Positions 40,708-51,054 of a stretch of 61,579 nucleotides of DNA are shown here, piece by piece (position 1 is the stretch's first letter; each line of letters starts with the position of its first letter). Below the pieces are notes generated by a model that had not been told where the DNA came from, ran no database searches, and was given only the letters and a program-made list of their open reading frames with translations. A program made the position numbers and the translations under genes. The stretch covers positions 1 to 61,579 of the IMG/VR virus record IMGVR_UViG_3300013426_000013. One strand, given 5' to 3'. This DNA is from a virus. Its lineage: Duplodnaviria; Heunggongvirae; Uroviricota; Caudoviricetes.

Positions 40708-41259
40708 ATGAGAAATGCTGAAATGTTTAACGAAGAAAACGACTTTGCTTTGCAGAGTGCCAAAATGGATCAAGTGATTGAACAGGTTGGTTGCAAAGAT
40801 AATGAAGTTGTAATTATCAAATCTGTTGATGATGCGCTGGAAGGAGATGCTGTCTTTATTTCTGATTTCAGTTGTTTGGGTAGTAGTGTAAAAGAGTTTG
40901 TTGACAATTTTGAACAGTTGGTTAAAAAAGGCAACACTGTTCATTTTGTCAGAGAACAGATAAGTTTGACGGATCAGTCCCAGATGGAAACTTTCTTGAA
41001 ACAGTTGCAGTTTGCGGCAATGTTCGGAAGAAAACTTCGTAGTGCTGTTTCTTGCAACAATCTTGCTGTTGCCGCGAAAGTTGGACGATATGCAGGAAGA
41101 CCGAAAGGTTCCAAAAATAAAACAAGCATCATTCAAGAAAAGGCAGATGAAATCGAATTCTGGTTGCAACAGGGCGAGTCTAAAAAGTGGATTGCAGAAC
41201 AGTTGGGCATTTCGGTAGGTACGGTGTATAATTACATTCGTTCCAAAGAAGAAGCGTAA
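40708..41259 (+). CDS. Degenerate serine resolvase/invertase-like protein with C-terminal HTH
   Basis: LEGDAVFISDFSCLGSS matches the GD.lvv..ldRlgR region; GRPKG; IAEQLGISVGTVYNYI HTH; lacks the YxRVS catalytic motif. Confidence 0.72.
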   Translation: MRNAEMFNEENDFALQSAKMDQVIEQVGCKDNEVVIIKSVDDALEGDAVFISDFSCLGSSVKEFVDNFEQLVKKGNTVHFVREQISLTDQSQMETFLKQLQFAAMFGRKLRSAVSCNNLAVAAKVGRYAGRPKGSKNKTSIIQEKADEIEFWLQQGESKKWIAEQLGISVGTVYNYIRSKEEA

Positions 41260-41281
41260 TCATTTAAATAGGGGAAAGACA

Positions 41282-42157
41282 ATGGTTGAATTTCACGGGA
41301 CTGTAAAAGATTTCTTGAAGAACTATCCGAAAGAAAATCGTAAAGTTGGCGAGACGTATCGCATCATCAATTCTAAAGGAAGCAATGATTATCAATTCAT
41401 TGATAACGTATCTGAAAAGAATTTCAAGAGAGTTGAAGTTAAAGACGCTGTCAATACTGAAATTGATGGTGCTGAAATGGAACGGCAAGAAGATGAAAGA
41501 CGACTGTCTGAATTGAAAAAACTTGCTGAAAGAATTCTGTCATGCGCTGTAAAAGGAGATGAAGGCACACTGATAAATTTGTGTGAGGAAGTTAAAGATT
41601 GCACCAACATTACAGATTTGGTGTGCGAAGAAAATTGTGCTGAACTCAATTGTTTGTTTTGCAGACAGTTTTATGTTGACAACAGTGAAGTGTATTGGGA
41701 GGTGCTTAACAAAAAAGGCATTGTTGATGACATTTGTTCTTTCCTTAACAATTTTGCAACAGTCATTAAACTTAATGCCAAATGTGTTGGAAGAGAAGAT
41801 CTTTTAGACAGGCTTCTTCAAGGAAGTGATGTCGGTGTGTTTGCACGGTTGCGTGAAGAGTGGCTTGAAAGTTGTCAATACGTTATGGAATGTTGCAAAC
41901 AAAGTTGTGGGTTTGATTTGAGAGGGGTTCAACGATTGAACAACTTGATATACAACTTTAATGGAATTACAGATGGGTGGTTGTGTTGTCTGAAAGAAAT
42001 CGTTGATGATTTTGCATGGTTTGGAGAAACCTTCAAAACATGTGAGGATTGTAAAAGCTATGATTATGATCCACGCCCGATTAATGTTGCCAAGAGCTTT
42101 GAAACTTTCAACGAATGTTTGTGCGCACTGTATTCAAGATATGGAGTCAGAGAATGA
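41282..42157 (+). CDS. Cys-rich hypothetical protein; N-terminal domain shared with 47544-48311
   Basis: FHGTVKDFLKNYPK...YQFI...EKNFKRVE. Confidence 0.75.
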   Translation: MVEFHGTVKDFLKNYPKENRKVGETYRIINSKGSNDYQFIDNVSEKNFKRVEVKDAVNTEIDGAEMERQEDERRLSELKKLAERILSCAVKGDEGTLINLCEEVKDCTNITDLVCEENCAELNCLFCRQFYVDNSEVYWEVLNKKGIVDDICSFLNNFATVIKLNAKCVGREDLLDRLLQGSDVGVFARLREEWLESCQYVMECCKQSCGFDLRGVQRLNNLIYNFNGITDGWLCCLKEIVDDFAWFGETFKTCEDCKSYDYDPRPINVAKSFETFNECLCALYSRYGVRE

Positions 42158-42504
42158 CAAAAAAAGGAATCTTCCAAAATATAGGTGTTGCACCGTACAT
42201 GGTGTTTCGCCTTAAAGATGAATACGACGAGGGGTACTATTACAATGGCTTTAATTGCCCATATCAGAAAGGGCATATCTATTGGGTAGTGTCTAATGTT
42301 GTACAGGAAAAGACAAGAGAGGTGGCATATTTCGTCAGCAAGTATCGAGGTGTGATGCAAGCACCGTCAACCAATTGTAAAGAGCGTCGATGGGTTGAAG
42401 ATGTCTTGCTAAAGGAATATGATATGGTTTATCAAGGTATGTCATTGACAGATGCCATTGCTTTTGTCGAAAAACAAACAGATCAGGAAAGGATCGGAGA
42501 ATGA
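42154..42504 (+). CDS. Hypothetical protein
   Basis: ATGA-coupled start at 42154. Confidence 0.7.
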   Translation: MTKKGIFQNIGVAPYMVFRLKDEYDEGYYYNGFNCPYQKGHIYWVVSNVVQEKTREVAYFVSKYRGVMQAPSTNCKERRWVEDVLLKEYDMVYQGMSLTDAIAFVEKQTDQERIGE

Positions 42505-42683
42505 AAACTTTTCATATACATGTAAAACAAACTGTCGAAGGATACTATATCATTCGTGCTGATACAGAAGAAGATGCAATTGATTTGGCACAAGGTTATA
42601 TGGAGATGGGAGAACACCTTGACAAATCACAGGTTACAGATGGTGAGATTGTAGATGCGGAAGAGGTTGGAAAATTTTGCTGA
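42501..42683 (+). CDS. DpnD/PcfM-like small protein
   Basis: MKTFHIHVKQTVEGYYIIRADTEEDAI pattern. Confidence 0.55.
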   Translation: MKTFHIHVKQTVEGYYIIRADTEEDAIDLAQGYMEMGEHLDKSQVTDGEIVDAEEVGKFC

Positions 42684-42972
42684 TTTGTTTGATTTTCTGA
42701 TCAGCTCAACTACGGAAGAATTAAAAGAGGCCGGATTTAGCATGAGCTTTCAAAACGGCCTTTTTAATTTGTTCTATAAAGGTGGTGTATCCTGTTCATT
42801 TAAAGTTAACGACAACGACATTGAACGCGTTTATGTGACTTTACAAAATGATGCAAGAATACAAAACATTGAGATAAACGATAATGTCGATGATGAAATC
42901 ATTCAGATCGTCTTGAGAAGATTCAATGAAATCATTATCCCTATTGGTGATCTCTGTTTAGAAGGAGTATGA
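42655..42972 (+). CDS. Hypothetical protein with C-terminal motif
   Basis: Ends PIGDLCLEGV*. Confidence 0.72.
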   Translation: MRKRLENFADLFDFLISSTTEELKEAGFSMSFQNGLFNLFYKGGVSCSFKVNDNDIERVYVTLQNDARIQNIEINDNVDDEIIQIVLRRFNEIIIPIGDLCLEGV

Positions 42973-43556
42973 AGATGGGTCAGTACTTTTTAGCGTATGT
43001 ACGTGACAAGAACAAAAAAAGAGGAAAAACGTTTATCAGTAGTTGTGGTGGCCTGAAATTAACAGAACACTCATGGGTCGGAAATGACTTCATGCAAGGT
43101 GTTTGTAAAAAAATCCACAACAAACCTTCGTATGTATATTGGGTAGGAGATTACTTCGACCCGTCTGAAGATGAAGCTAAATCGGAAATGTCTTCTGATT
43201 GTGTTTCTGTTGATTTTGCTTCTTTATGGAGAAAGAAGAACGCCAAAGAGTTGCAAGATACTTTTGACATCAGCGATAAGTATTTAGTCAATCATGACTT
43301 GAAAGTATATGTTAACATGTGTGACTATATCGACATGTTGACATGTGGTAAAACGCATGATAAAGATTGGGTGCAACACCCGTTGTCGTTGTTAACGGCT
43401 ATCAGCAATGGTAAAGGTGGCGGTGATTATGATGTTGAAGGACTGAACGCTGATTCGATCGGAGTATGGAAAGGTTGTTTGTTAGAAATTACAGACAACA
43501 TTCCGAAAGACTACATTGATGTAACGGAAGATGTTTTGTTCGATGATGACATCTAA
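42969..43556 (+). CDS. Phage hypothetical protein
   Basis: MGQY, GLKLTEHSW, WVGDY, HPLSLLTA..NGKGGGDY segments. Confidence 0.78.
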   Translation: MKMGQYFLAYVRDKNKKRGKTFISSCGGLKLTEHSWVGNDFMQGVCKKIHNKPSYVYWVGDYFDPSEDEAKSEMSSDCVSVDFASLWRKKNAKELQDTFDISDKYLVNHDLKVYVNMCDYIDMLTCGKTHDKDWVQHPLSLLTAISNGKGGGDYDVEGLNADSIGVWKGCLLEITDNIPKDYIDVTEDVLFDDDI

Positions 43557-43745
43557 AAACTTCTATATAATCTGTGTTAACGATGTCGAAACATTTTGTG
43601 ATAATGGCCGAATTTTAGGTGTATATAATTACAAAACAAGACAGTTAACACAGATTGTTAATCGCTTAAAAGATTCACAAAAGGTTCCTTTTCAAGAATG
43701 GCGTTCTTCAAAAGAAGACCTTTTAATATGAAAGGTAGGTAAGCA

Positions 43746-44084
43746 ATGATTAAAGAAACGATCGTAAAAGATAATTTTGGCAAACAAGTACAGATTGGTG
43801 ACATCATTGCTTTTGCTGAAACGTTTAAGTATAGAGGTGTCGAAAAATATGGCACAGCAATGGCAACGGCAGTAGTAATGGAGATCACCAATAAAGCTTT
43901 AAAGATTGCACCGTTGACATTCACTAAAGATGAATACTATAACATTAAAGAACGAAATGGCATTGCTGTTTATTCAAAAGGTGATCGGTATTTATCTACA
44001 GGAAAAAAGACATTGGAACATCGCTACAATGCCTTTTATATTATTGGTCATGGTGATGGGGCGGTTGTTTTATCAACAATGTAG
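43746..44084 (+). CDS. Hypothetical protein with C-terminal motif
   Basis: DNFGKQVQIGDIIAF; ends GDGAVVLSTM*. Confidence 0.72.
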   Translation: MIKETIVKDNFGKQVQIGDIIAFAETFKYRGVEKYGTAMATAVVMEITNKALKIAPLTFTKDEYYNIKERNGIAVYSKGDRYLSTGKKTLEHRYNAFYIIGHGDGAVVLSTM

Positions 44085-44095
44085 GAATAGAGACG

Positions 44096-44434
44096 ATGAT
44101 GAGCGTTACTTCATATGACAAAACAAGATTTAATCAATTGAGAGATTGGTTAAAAGGTCAGTCAATTCCTGAACATGACGATTGGATCATTACTACTGTA
44201 TTGTCTAATGAACCGTATGTTGAAAATACAATGTCTGATGAAGATTGGTTTGTCATCGTCTTCGCACCTAATGATAAAGAAAATGATTTTGGTATGTTCC
44301 AGATTAATTTCTTAAGACAACTGTTCGAGTCTACCATAGATTTTAAGAAATGTCAATTGGTAATGAATCGTGATAAATCTGGTCTTCGCATCGAACCTAT
44401 TAATGTTGGGCAAAAAGCATTAAAAGACCTTTAA
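44096..44434 (+). CDS. Small protein with C-terminal motif
   Basis: Ends NVGQKALKDL*. Confidence 0.75.
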   Translation: MMSVTSYDKTRFNQLRDWLKGQSIPEHDDWIITTVLSNEPYVENTMSDEDWFVIVFAPNDKENDFGMFQINFLRQLFESTIDFKKCQLVMNRDKSGLRIEPINVGQKALKDL

Positions 44435-44503
44435 AAGTTATCTTGACTTTTTATAATTATATATGATAATTATTTAATTATAGTTATCATAGGAGGTGTT
44501 GGT

Positions 44504-44863
44504 ATGTCTAAAAGAATAATCAATTGGAAAAAGGTTCGTAGAGAAGTGATTGATAAACTTTACGGCATACAGACAGATGACGGCAGTTATGAGTATCAAG
44601 GTGTTTGTGTAGATTCAGAAACTTTAGAGTTTCATAATTGTGATGACAACAGGGTTATGAAGTATTATCAATTTTATAGTACTTTTAAGAATTTAAACAA
44701 ACATGACGTATATGGCGCTGGATTATTTATACCTAAAGAGATTATTGACAATGAGGAGTTGTCTATAGTTCCTGTATCACATTTTGAACTTCAAGCCATT
44801 AACAATGGTGTATTTCTGTTAAAGAAACGCAGCATAGGTGATGTTGTTCTTCATGAGATTTAA
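44504..44863 (+). CDS. Small protein with C-terminal motif
   Basis: Ends SIGDVVLHEI*. Confidence 0.75.
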   Translation: MSKRIINWKKVRREVIDKLYGIQTDDGSYEYQGVCVDSETLEFHNCDDNRVMKYYQFYSTFKNLNKHDVYGAGLFIPKEIIDNEELSIVPVSHFELQAINNGVFLLKKRSIGDVVLHEI

Positions 44864-44880
44864 GAAGGAGGAGAAGAAAA

Positions 44881-45258
44881 ATGTTCATTTCTAATGTACC
44901 TTTAAAGGAAAATAAACGCTTCAATAGATACATTAACAACCTTGATAAAGTGTTTAGTGGGTTGAAAGTCATTGACAAGAATGATGACAAACTGAAGTAC
45001 CTTTTTGTTCAATATAATGCTGATGAAGCTTTTGCACATAACATTGTATATCATAACCCTTCACATTATGAATTCAAATGTATTTTCATGCGTGAGTATG
45101 GTGATTGTAAATGTTATAATGTGTTGATTGAAATTGGTCTACTGAATCGCATTAGAAAAGTAAAGAAGAAATCTTTACAAATCATTGTAGACCAATCAAC
45201 GGGAAATTTGATAGCTGAAGAAAAAGCTTTAGGTCAATTTGTATTGGAGTCATTATGA
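44881..45258 (+). CDS. Small protein with C-terminal motif
   Basis: Ends ALGQFVLESL*. Confidence 0.75.
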   Translation: MFISNVPLKENKRFNRYINNLDKVFSGLKVIDKNDDKLKYLFVQYNADEAFAHNIVYHNPSHYEFKCIFMREYGDCKCYNVLIEIGLLNRIRKVKKKSLQIIVDQSTGNLIAEEKALGQFVLESL

Positions 45259-45605
45259 TGAGTACAGAAGTAAATGTCAAGACAACAAAGTTCCAAAAGT
45301 TACGTGAAGCTTTAATTGGAAAACAGGTGTTAGATACTATTGTTCAAGATGTATCTGAAAGATGTTATTTTCAAGAGTTTTATGAAATCAATAAAACATA
45401 TCTTGAATTGGAAATCTGTCCTAAACATCGTAACAATTGGGAAATGTATGGTTGGCATGTATACATGGACAAAGAACTTTACAAACGACCTAAATTGTTC
45501 CCGTTGTTGGAATTTGTTGTTTGTGATGATCCGTTAAATCCAAACGGAAAGTGGTTGGAAATTGTCGTGCCTAATATAGGAGAAACCACCTTAAATAAAA
45601 TTTAG
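45255..45605 (+). CDS. Small protein with C-terminal motif
   Basis: Ends NIGETTLNKI*. Confidence 0.75.
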   Translation: MMSTEVNVKTTKFQKLREALIGKQVLDTIVQDVSERCYFQEFYEINKTYLELEICPKHRNNWEMYGWHVYMDKELYKRPKLFPLLEFVVCDDPLNPNGKWLEIVVPNIGETTLNKI

Positions 45606-45606
45606 G

Positions 45607-45634
45607 TTGACAATTTCTTTTGTCATGATATAGT
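45607..45634 (+). promoter_or_regulatory. sigma70-like promoter
   Basis: TTGACA-N16-TATAGT with upstream TG. Confidence 0.6.
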
Positions 45635-45667
45635 AACTTTAACAAACCTAATGAAGGAGTAAGAGAT

Positions 45668-46003
45668 ATGACTGAACAGAAAACCTATACCACATCTGAA
45701 TTGATGTTTTCGGTTGTTGACAATTTGGAAAAACAGATTAGCACAATCAATCTGATCATTGGTGTCCTTAAGGAAACAGCTGAAGAAATGAAATCTAATG
45801 AAGAAGCAAGTGTGTGCGGTGTCAAACGTGAACAGTTTGAAGAGATTGCTAAACTGATTCACATGAATAATAAAATGCGTAATGCATTGAATAACATTGC
45901 ACATGGGGAAATGACAGTTAAACCGTATGGCACTGTCTATATGGGGCGAGAGGAAGAAGTCACCTTGCAACAGTATGCTGAAGAAGCATTAAAGGAAGAT
46001 TGA
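45668..46003 (+). CDS. Hypothetical helical protein
   Basis: AAGGAG RBS. Confidence 0.72.
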   Translation: MTEQKTYTTSELMFSVVDNLEKQISTINLIIGVLKETAEEMKSNEEASVCGVKREQFEEIAKLIHMNNKMRNALNNIAHGEMTVKPYGTVYMGREEEVTLQQYAEEALKED

Positions 46004-46350
46004 ACATGAAGAATTGGGTCGGGTATAAAGGTCGATTGAAAAGTCTTTTATTGGCACTGAATGAAATCATATATAGGCAATATGAGATTAACCTTTATGA
46101 TATCGATAATATTATCCGATCCAATAAACATTTCACGGACCAGTTGAAGAACAAAGAAACTATTGTAATGGTTTTGATTGATTTCAAGGATAAAAACGGT
46201 TTGTTTATGTCACAATGGTTTGACATTGATAAATATCTTTTAAGAAAGTATAAAACCTTTACTGCTGGAATGATTGATGTGCTATTTACAGAAGAAACCA
46301 ATACAATCACTGAAAAGCGTATTGGTGAACAAACGTTATGTGGCATCTGA
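46000..46350 (+). CDS. Small protein with C-terminal motif
   Basis: Ends RIGEQTLCGI*. Confidence 0.75.
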   Translation: MNMKNWVGYKGRLKSLLLALNEIIYRQYEINLYDIDNIIRSNKHFTDQLKNKETIVMVLIDFKDKNGLFMSQWFDIDKYLLRKYKTFTAGMIDVLFTEETNTITEKRIGEQTLCGI

Positions 46351-46366
46351 CTGAAGGAGATAGACA

Positions 46367-46870
46367 ATGGGAAAAACAACCTTTTGTACATGCAACTTTA
46401 AGAAACCATATGTTGTACAGACAGAAGATGGTAAATGGTGTGTGTATTGTCAGGATTGTGGTAAAGAAGTTTCTTCGGATAATAAAGAAGAAGCAATGAC
46501 AAAATGGGCTGAACAGTATGGAATGAACCTGTGCTTTTGTTGTGAATCAAGTAAAGTGTTGCCGAAGAATATCAATACAGCTGAATGTAATTTATCCGTT
46601 GATGAGATTAAACAAAAAGCTGATGTTGATTGCACAATGAAACCGTGTGTCTATACAATGTCACCCCTTTACTTGAGAGAATTCATTCGTTCAGCGGATC
46701 ATGAAAGAGTGTTGAATAATTGGGGATTTGTTTTCGTAAAAAACGATGGCAAAAAGACATTGGTCAATACAGAGAAGTTAAAAGAAATTATTGATGACCC
46801 ATATACAAATGTTTTGGATATGCCGGTACCTGTCATTTTGTCAGAAGCGTTTAATAAGAACAACGTTTAA
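46367..46870 (+). CDS. Lar-like zinc ribbon fused to a domain paralogous to 54654-54986
   Basis: CTC...VYCQDCG...AMTKW, then CESS..LP...ECNLS...YTMSP...VLNNW. Confidence 0.7.
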   Translation: MGKTTFCTCNFKKPYVVQTEDGKWCVYCQDCGKEVSSDNKEEAMTKWAEQYGMNLCFCCESSKVLPKNINTAECNLSVDEIKQKADVDCTMKPCVYTMSPLYLREFIRSADHERVLNNWGFVFVKNDGKKTLVNTEKLKEIIDDPYTNVLDMPVPVILSEAFNKNNV

Positions 46871-46891
46871 AGATTGAAAGGAAGGTGTGTT

Positions 46892-47281
46892 ATGACATTT
46901 TTTGAAATGTTAAAGAACATCTACAAAGATCAAAAAGCTAATCGTAACATTGGCAACTATTGTCGTATGAAAGATGGTGAACAACGTATTCTAGGTTCAG
47001 TAATATGTCATTCACCTCAACCTCATTTGACTGAATTTGAAGTCTTCGGTGTAAAAGCTGATACAAAATATGATGTTGGTCATATTGATTGCACGAAGTA
47101 TTTCAGTCATGACGCTATTACATTTAGAGACATAATGGCTACTGATTGGGAGAAAATGTCAGATGATGATGTTCAAGAAATACTTGATGAACGTTTAGAA
47201 GAAGAAGAAAGGCAAGAACAGGAACTTGATGTGCTTGACTTCGAAGAGAGTCTTGCTAATAAATATACGCCAATCTTGTAA
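46892..47281 (+). CDS. Hypothetical protein with acidic tail
   Basis: MTFFEML...DIMATDWE. Confidence 0.72.
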   Translation: MTFFEMLKNIYKDQKANRNIGNYCRMKDGEQRILGSVICHSPQPHLTEFEVFGVKADTKYDVGHIDCTKYFSHDAITFRDIMATDWEKMSDDDVQEILDERLEEEERQEQELDVLDFEESLANKYTPIL

Positions 47282-47543
47282 GCTATCACAAAATTTTTAT
47301 ATACAGAAAGAAGAAATATGTCTTTACATGTTTCTTCTTTTTTGTTATAGTATATATAATTGAAGAGGAGAGTGTTAATGTGAAAAGGTAAATGACAAAC
47401 TCGAAACAAAATGGAAGCTATCAACTTCCCTAAATTAATCTACTATCAAAAAGGAACAAAACAATGAAGAAACTGAAGATTAAGATTAAAAAGGTTAAAT
47501 TGTTTTAGTCTTGAAACAATCGTCGACTAAAAGGAGTAAAGAT

Positions 47544-48311
47544 ATGATTACGTTTAAAGGTTCACAAAAGGCTTTCTTTAAGGCCTATCCTAAAGACAAG
47601 AGAAGTCTTGATGAAGTGTATTGTTTGGTTTCCTATAACATCATCACTAAACAGGAAACTAAAACATGTTATCAGTTTATTGGTTCATTGGGTGAAAAGA
47701 ACTTTAAGAAAGTTGAAACACCTAAAGATATTACTGAAACTGTTACTGTTGATACAAAAAATACGAATGATACAAACGTATCTGATGTACAAAATGAAGA
47801 TGATTTAGATTTTGCTAATCCTGATGGTGACGTTGTTGAAGAAAAGAAATGTGACGTTAAGGCGAAGGCTGAAGAAGCAACTGAAGTCAGTGAAGTAAAG
47901 GCGGAAGAAAAGACTGAAGTTGTTAAAGAAGAAAAGTCGAAAAAGAAAACCGTCGCTGTTAAAAGGGAGGAATTGCTGGAAGCGTTTCAAGCATTAACAG
48001 GTTTTATGGGTTGTCAAATTGATAACTATAATCCTGTTGACATGTTTGCTCTTCAATGTGTTTGTAACGAATTTAATACATGCGACTTTTCTACTGAAGC
48101 TGTAGTGTATGTTGACTTGTTCAAGTACTTTCTTAATAAGTATCCGACACTTGCTAAATACATTCAGACATGTATTGATGTTATTGAAGATGTCTACAAT
48201 GATATCGTGAAAAATAAACAAGCTTTAGTGGAAGAAGCTAGATGGTTCTATGGAGACTGCGGGTTAACAAAAGAACAAAACAAAAAGAAGCGAAAAAGAA
48301 AGCAGCTGTAA
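47544..48311 (+). CDS. Hypothetical protein; N-terminal domain shared with 41282-42157
   Basis: FKGSQKAFFKAYPK...YQFI...EKNFKKVE; AAGGAG RBS. Confidence 0.75.
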   Translation: MITFKGSQKAFFKAYPKDKRSLDEVYCLVSYNIITKQETKTCYQFIGSLGEKNFKKVETPKDITETVTVDTKNTNDTNVSDVQNEDDLDFANPDGDVVEEKKCDVKAKAEEATEVSEVKAEEKTEVVKEEKSKKKTVAVKREELLEAFQALTGFMGCQIDNYNPVDMFALQCVCNEFNTCDFSTEAVVYVDLFKYFLNKYPTLAKYIQTCIDVIEDVYNDIVKNKQALVEEARWFYGDCGLTKEQNKKKRKRKQL

Positions 48312-48333
48312 GAGTTCGTAAACGGTAACTTTG

Positions 48334-48565
48334 AAAGCAATGGTTAAAAAGTTTTTTCTCTAATTTTATGCGAGAATTAAATTTAATAAACCATTGCTTT
48401 TTTGAGATAAAGCTGTGCCCTCTACAATATATACTCTTAGATCATATATATATATATGATCATATCATAATATGCGACCAGACAAGGTCGCATGACAGGG
48501 GGAACGTATTTCCCCCTGAAACCCTCTTTTACAGGAGGGGGCAGTAAGCCCCCTTCCATCCCCCG
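48334..48565. other. Cluster of inverted repeats and GC-rich hairpins in a 600-bp intergenic region
   Basis: AAAGCAATGGTT/AACCATTGCTTT; palindrome GATCATATATATATATATGATC; ATGCGACC/GGTCGCAT; CAGGGGGAA/TTCCCCCTG; GGGGGC/GCCCCC. Confidence 0.7.
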
Positions 48566-48847
48566 AAAGATCTGTCTTAATGGATTTTCCATTTCCTGAT
48601 TTCATCAGTCAATGTCAAACCATTGTGATAGATCATTTAAGTTTGTAAAGAAATCTTTATTTAGGATCTGTTTAAGGATCTTTTCTTAAAGTCCTCAACA
48701 TAGTCTAGCATTAAAGAAATTTTGAGAAAAAGGTTTCAAAGTAAAAGGACTAAAAGGAAGAGAATAAAAGGTCTTGATGAAAAGGTTTCATATAAGTTTT
48801 TCATTTGCTTTTTGTTGTTTATGTTTTGTTCTGTTAAAAAAAACTAC

Positions 48848-48876
48848 TTGACAACAATCTGTAAATGATATAGCTT
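48848..48876 (+). promoter_or_regulatory. sigma70-like promoter
   Basis: TTGACA-N17-TAGCTT, preceded by TGATA. Confidence 0.55.
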
Positions 48877-48908
48877 GAATTGTAGATTACTAATGAAAGG
48901 AAAACGGT

Positions 48909-49217
48909 ATGAACATTGGAAAACGTTTAGAAGATATCTTTGAAGAAATTATAAGAATTGTAAGAGGTTATGATATCACCAAGAAGTTTCAAAGTAATAA
49001 CAGATTGCTGAAACAGGTAAATGATTATATTACAAAATTGACTGACAGTGAAGAATGGACACCTGAAAAAAGAAACCATTTGTTTGATTATCTGATTTCT
49101 CAAGCTTCCTGTCAAAAACATGCAATGGATTTGTTTGATGAAAAGGATATGGCTGTTTTCTATTATCAGGTTCAATGCATGTTGGCTACTGTAAAATGTG
49201 ATTATATCACCAAATGA
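48909..49217 (+). CDS. Hypothetical protein
   Basis: AAGGA RBS. Confidence 0.7.
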   Translation: MNIGKRLEDIFEEIIRIVRGYDITKKFQSNNRLLKQVNDYITKLTDSEEWTPEKRNHLFDYLISQASCQKHAMDLFDEKDMAVFYYQVQCMLATVKCDYITK

Positions 49218-49543
49218 AAAATATGTTGACAACGTTTCTTTTTATTGCTATAGTATGTTTCTCAAATGAAGCAAGAGGAGAATGGAATTCATTACAATCT
49301 GAATTATTCTTTGCAGGGTGTTCAGATGAATGTGTGGAGAGTAGTGAAGCTGTTGATGATATAGTAAATGTCAAGGACTATTGTGAATGTGTTTGTCATA
49401 CAATATTGCATACAACAGATTCCTATGAGCAAGCAAATGAATTTGTAATAAATTCATTGAATGGTGAATATGATGAACGTAAAGTGTTTGATAAAATCAT
49501 GTACCAATGTTTTACGGTTAATCGAAAGAAAGGGTTGAGATAA
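49214..49543 (+). CDS. Secreted Cys-rich protein
   Basis: Signal peptide MKNMLTTFLFIAIVCFSNEARG; C-x3-C...YCECVC. Confidence 0.65.
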   Translation: MKNMLTTFLFIAIVCFSNEARGEWNSLQSELFFAGCSDECVESSEAVDDIVNVKDYCECVCHTILHTTDSYEQANEFVINSLNGEYDERKVFDKIMYQCFTVNRKKGLR

Positions 49544-49669
49544 TGTTTGAGTGTGAAACGGATCATGAATTTAATGAATATGTAAAGTTTTTATGTAAGT
49601 TCAGTGCTACTTGCATCACGTTAAGTGTCATTGTATCAGCTTGCATTTACTATATGTAATTGGTGTCCT

Positions 49670-49978
49670 ATGAAATATTTGTTGTCTATCATTGTTGCGA
49701 TTGGTGTGTTGACCGGTTGTGTGGCATATTATGATCGGTCTGAAATTCAAATTACATATGAACAGAACGGAAAGGATTGTGTTTATACTGAACGTGGGTA
49801 TGCTATCACATATGACAGTCGTTCATTGGTAAATAATGATACTATCACATATGCAAATACTTCATGTGATGTAATCATTACAAGTGAATTAAAAAACGCA
49901 ACAAACAAAATTGGGTTGTCGCGTCGTAGAGATAGTGCTGACGTAGCTAATAACAGACGTACATATTCAATGTATTGA
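49670..49978 (+). CDS. Lipoprotein
   Basis: MKYLLSIIVAIGVLTG-C lipobox. Confidence 0.72.
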   Translation: MKYLLSIIVAIGVLTGCVAYYDRSEIQITYEQNGKDCVYTERGYAITYDSRSLVNNDTITYANTSCDVIITSELKNATNKIGLSRRRDSADVANNRRTYSMY

Positions 49979-50144
49979 ACATGAGTAAGCACAATCTTTG
50001 AAGAATATCACAATGGCATATAAACACAATCTTTATCAATATATGTCATCAGTATATTCATTCATTGCGTTTGCGATGTTGTTTATGACTATAGGAACTT
50101 TAATTATATTGTTCCTATAAATTGAAAAAGAAAGGAAGAACTAA

Positions 50145-50654
50145 ATGTTTTTTAAAAGTAAAGATAAAGAAGCCAGTCAGATCAAGATGTTTGAAGAAAA
50201 ATTGCCGATCATTAAAGATATGGAAAGTGTTCGCGGCAAGGACTTCAAAATTGCCATGCATTATATTGGTATGCCAATTGATTTTTGTTACATGGGTGTT
50301 TTTGTAAAAACAGGTGGCATTGAAGGTGTTCGTCAATTCATTGAGAAACTTGATGAATATATTAAGTCTTCTGATGATGTAAAAACTTTGGTTCACTTGA
50401 ATGAAAAAGATAACAATCTGTTGGGAATGATGGATCGTCACGAAGAACAGACTTCGAATATCAAAACTAAAAGGATGTTGAACATTGTCGAACCATCTGA
50501 ATTCAATAGTGTTAAGAAGATGCTGAAAACCCGTAATAAAGAATGGGACACTATGCACGATTTGCATTTGGAGTTTTTGAACAGCATTGATGACTATCAG
50601 ATTAAATGTCGTAGAAAGATGTATGAAATCTTTGAAGAAGCTGTAGCTGTGTAA
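50145..50654 (+). CDS. Hypothetical protein
   Basis: 169 aa, AAGGA RBS. Confidence 0.72.
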   Translation: MFFKSKDKEASQIKMFEEKLPIIKDMESVRGKDFKIAMHYIGMPIDFCYMGVFVKTGGIEGVRQFIEKLDEYIKSSDDVKTLVHLNEKDNNLLGMMDRHEEQTSNIKTKRMLNIVEPSEFNSVKKMLKTRNKEWDTMHDLHLEFLNSIDDYQIKCRRKMYEIFEEAVAV

Positions 50655-50762
50655 TTTAAATGGCCGTAGAATGATGTTTAACAAATCTTGTGAGGAATCT
50701 TGCATGAATTCGTTGACGTCACTCTACGGTCTTTATTTTGTCTTTATGGAAAGGTTTGGCAA

Positions 50763-50930
50763 ATGAAGAAGTTGTTGTTGAGTGTAATGGTTGCTATGAT
50801 ATGCCTAGTAACTGATGCATATGCACAACGTGGTTGTTGTAGCTATCATGGTGGTGTAAATAGTTGCACTATTAGTGGTCGTGTCAGATGTAATGACGGT
50901 ACATTGTCACCGAGTTGCACATGTCGATAA
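50763..50930 (+). CDS. Small secreted Cys-rich protein
   Basis: Signal peptide ending AYA, then RGCCSYHGGV...CNDG.LSPSCTC. Confidence 0.75.
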   Translation: MKKLLLSVMVAMICLVTDAYAQRGCCSYHGGVNSCTISGRVRCNDGTLSPSCTCR

Positions 50931-51054
50931 AAACCGGTTTGATTGTGTGTTTCATATTGTCAACAACTTCTTGCAGTTGCATTAAAAGTGTTTATGATAT
51001 GCATGTGAACAGTGTATATGAGCTGATTTATCAGCGTTATTGAAAGGGTTAATT

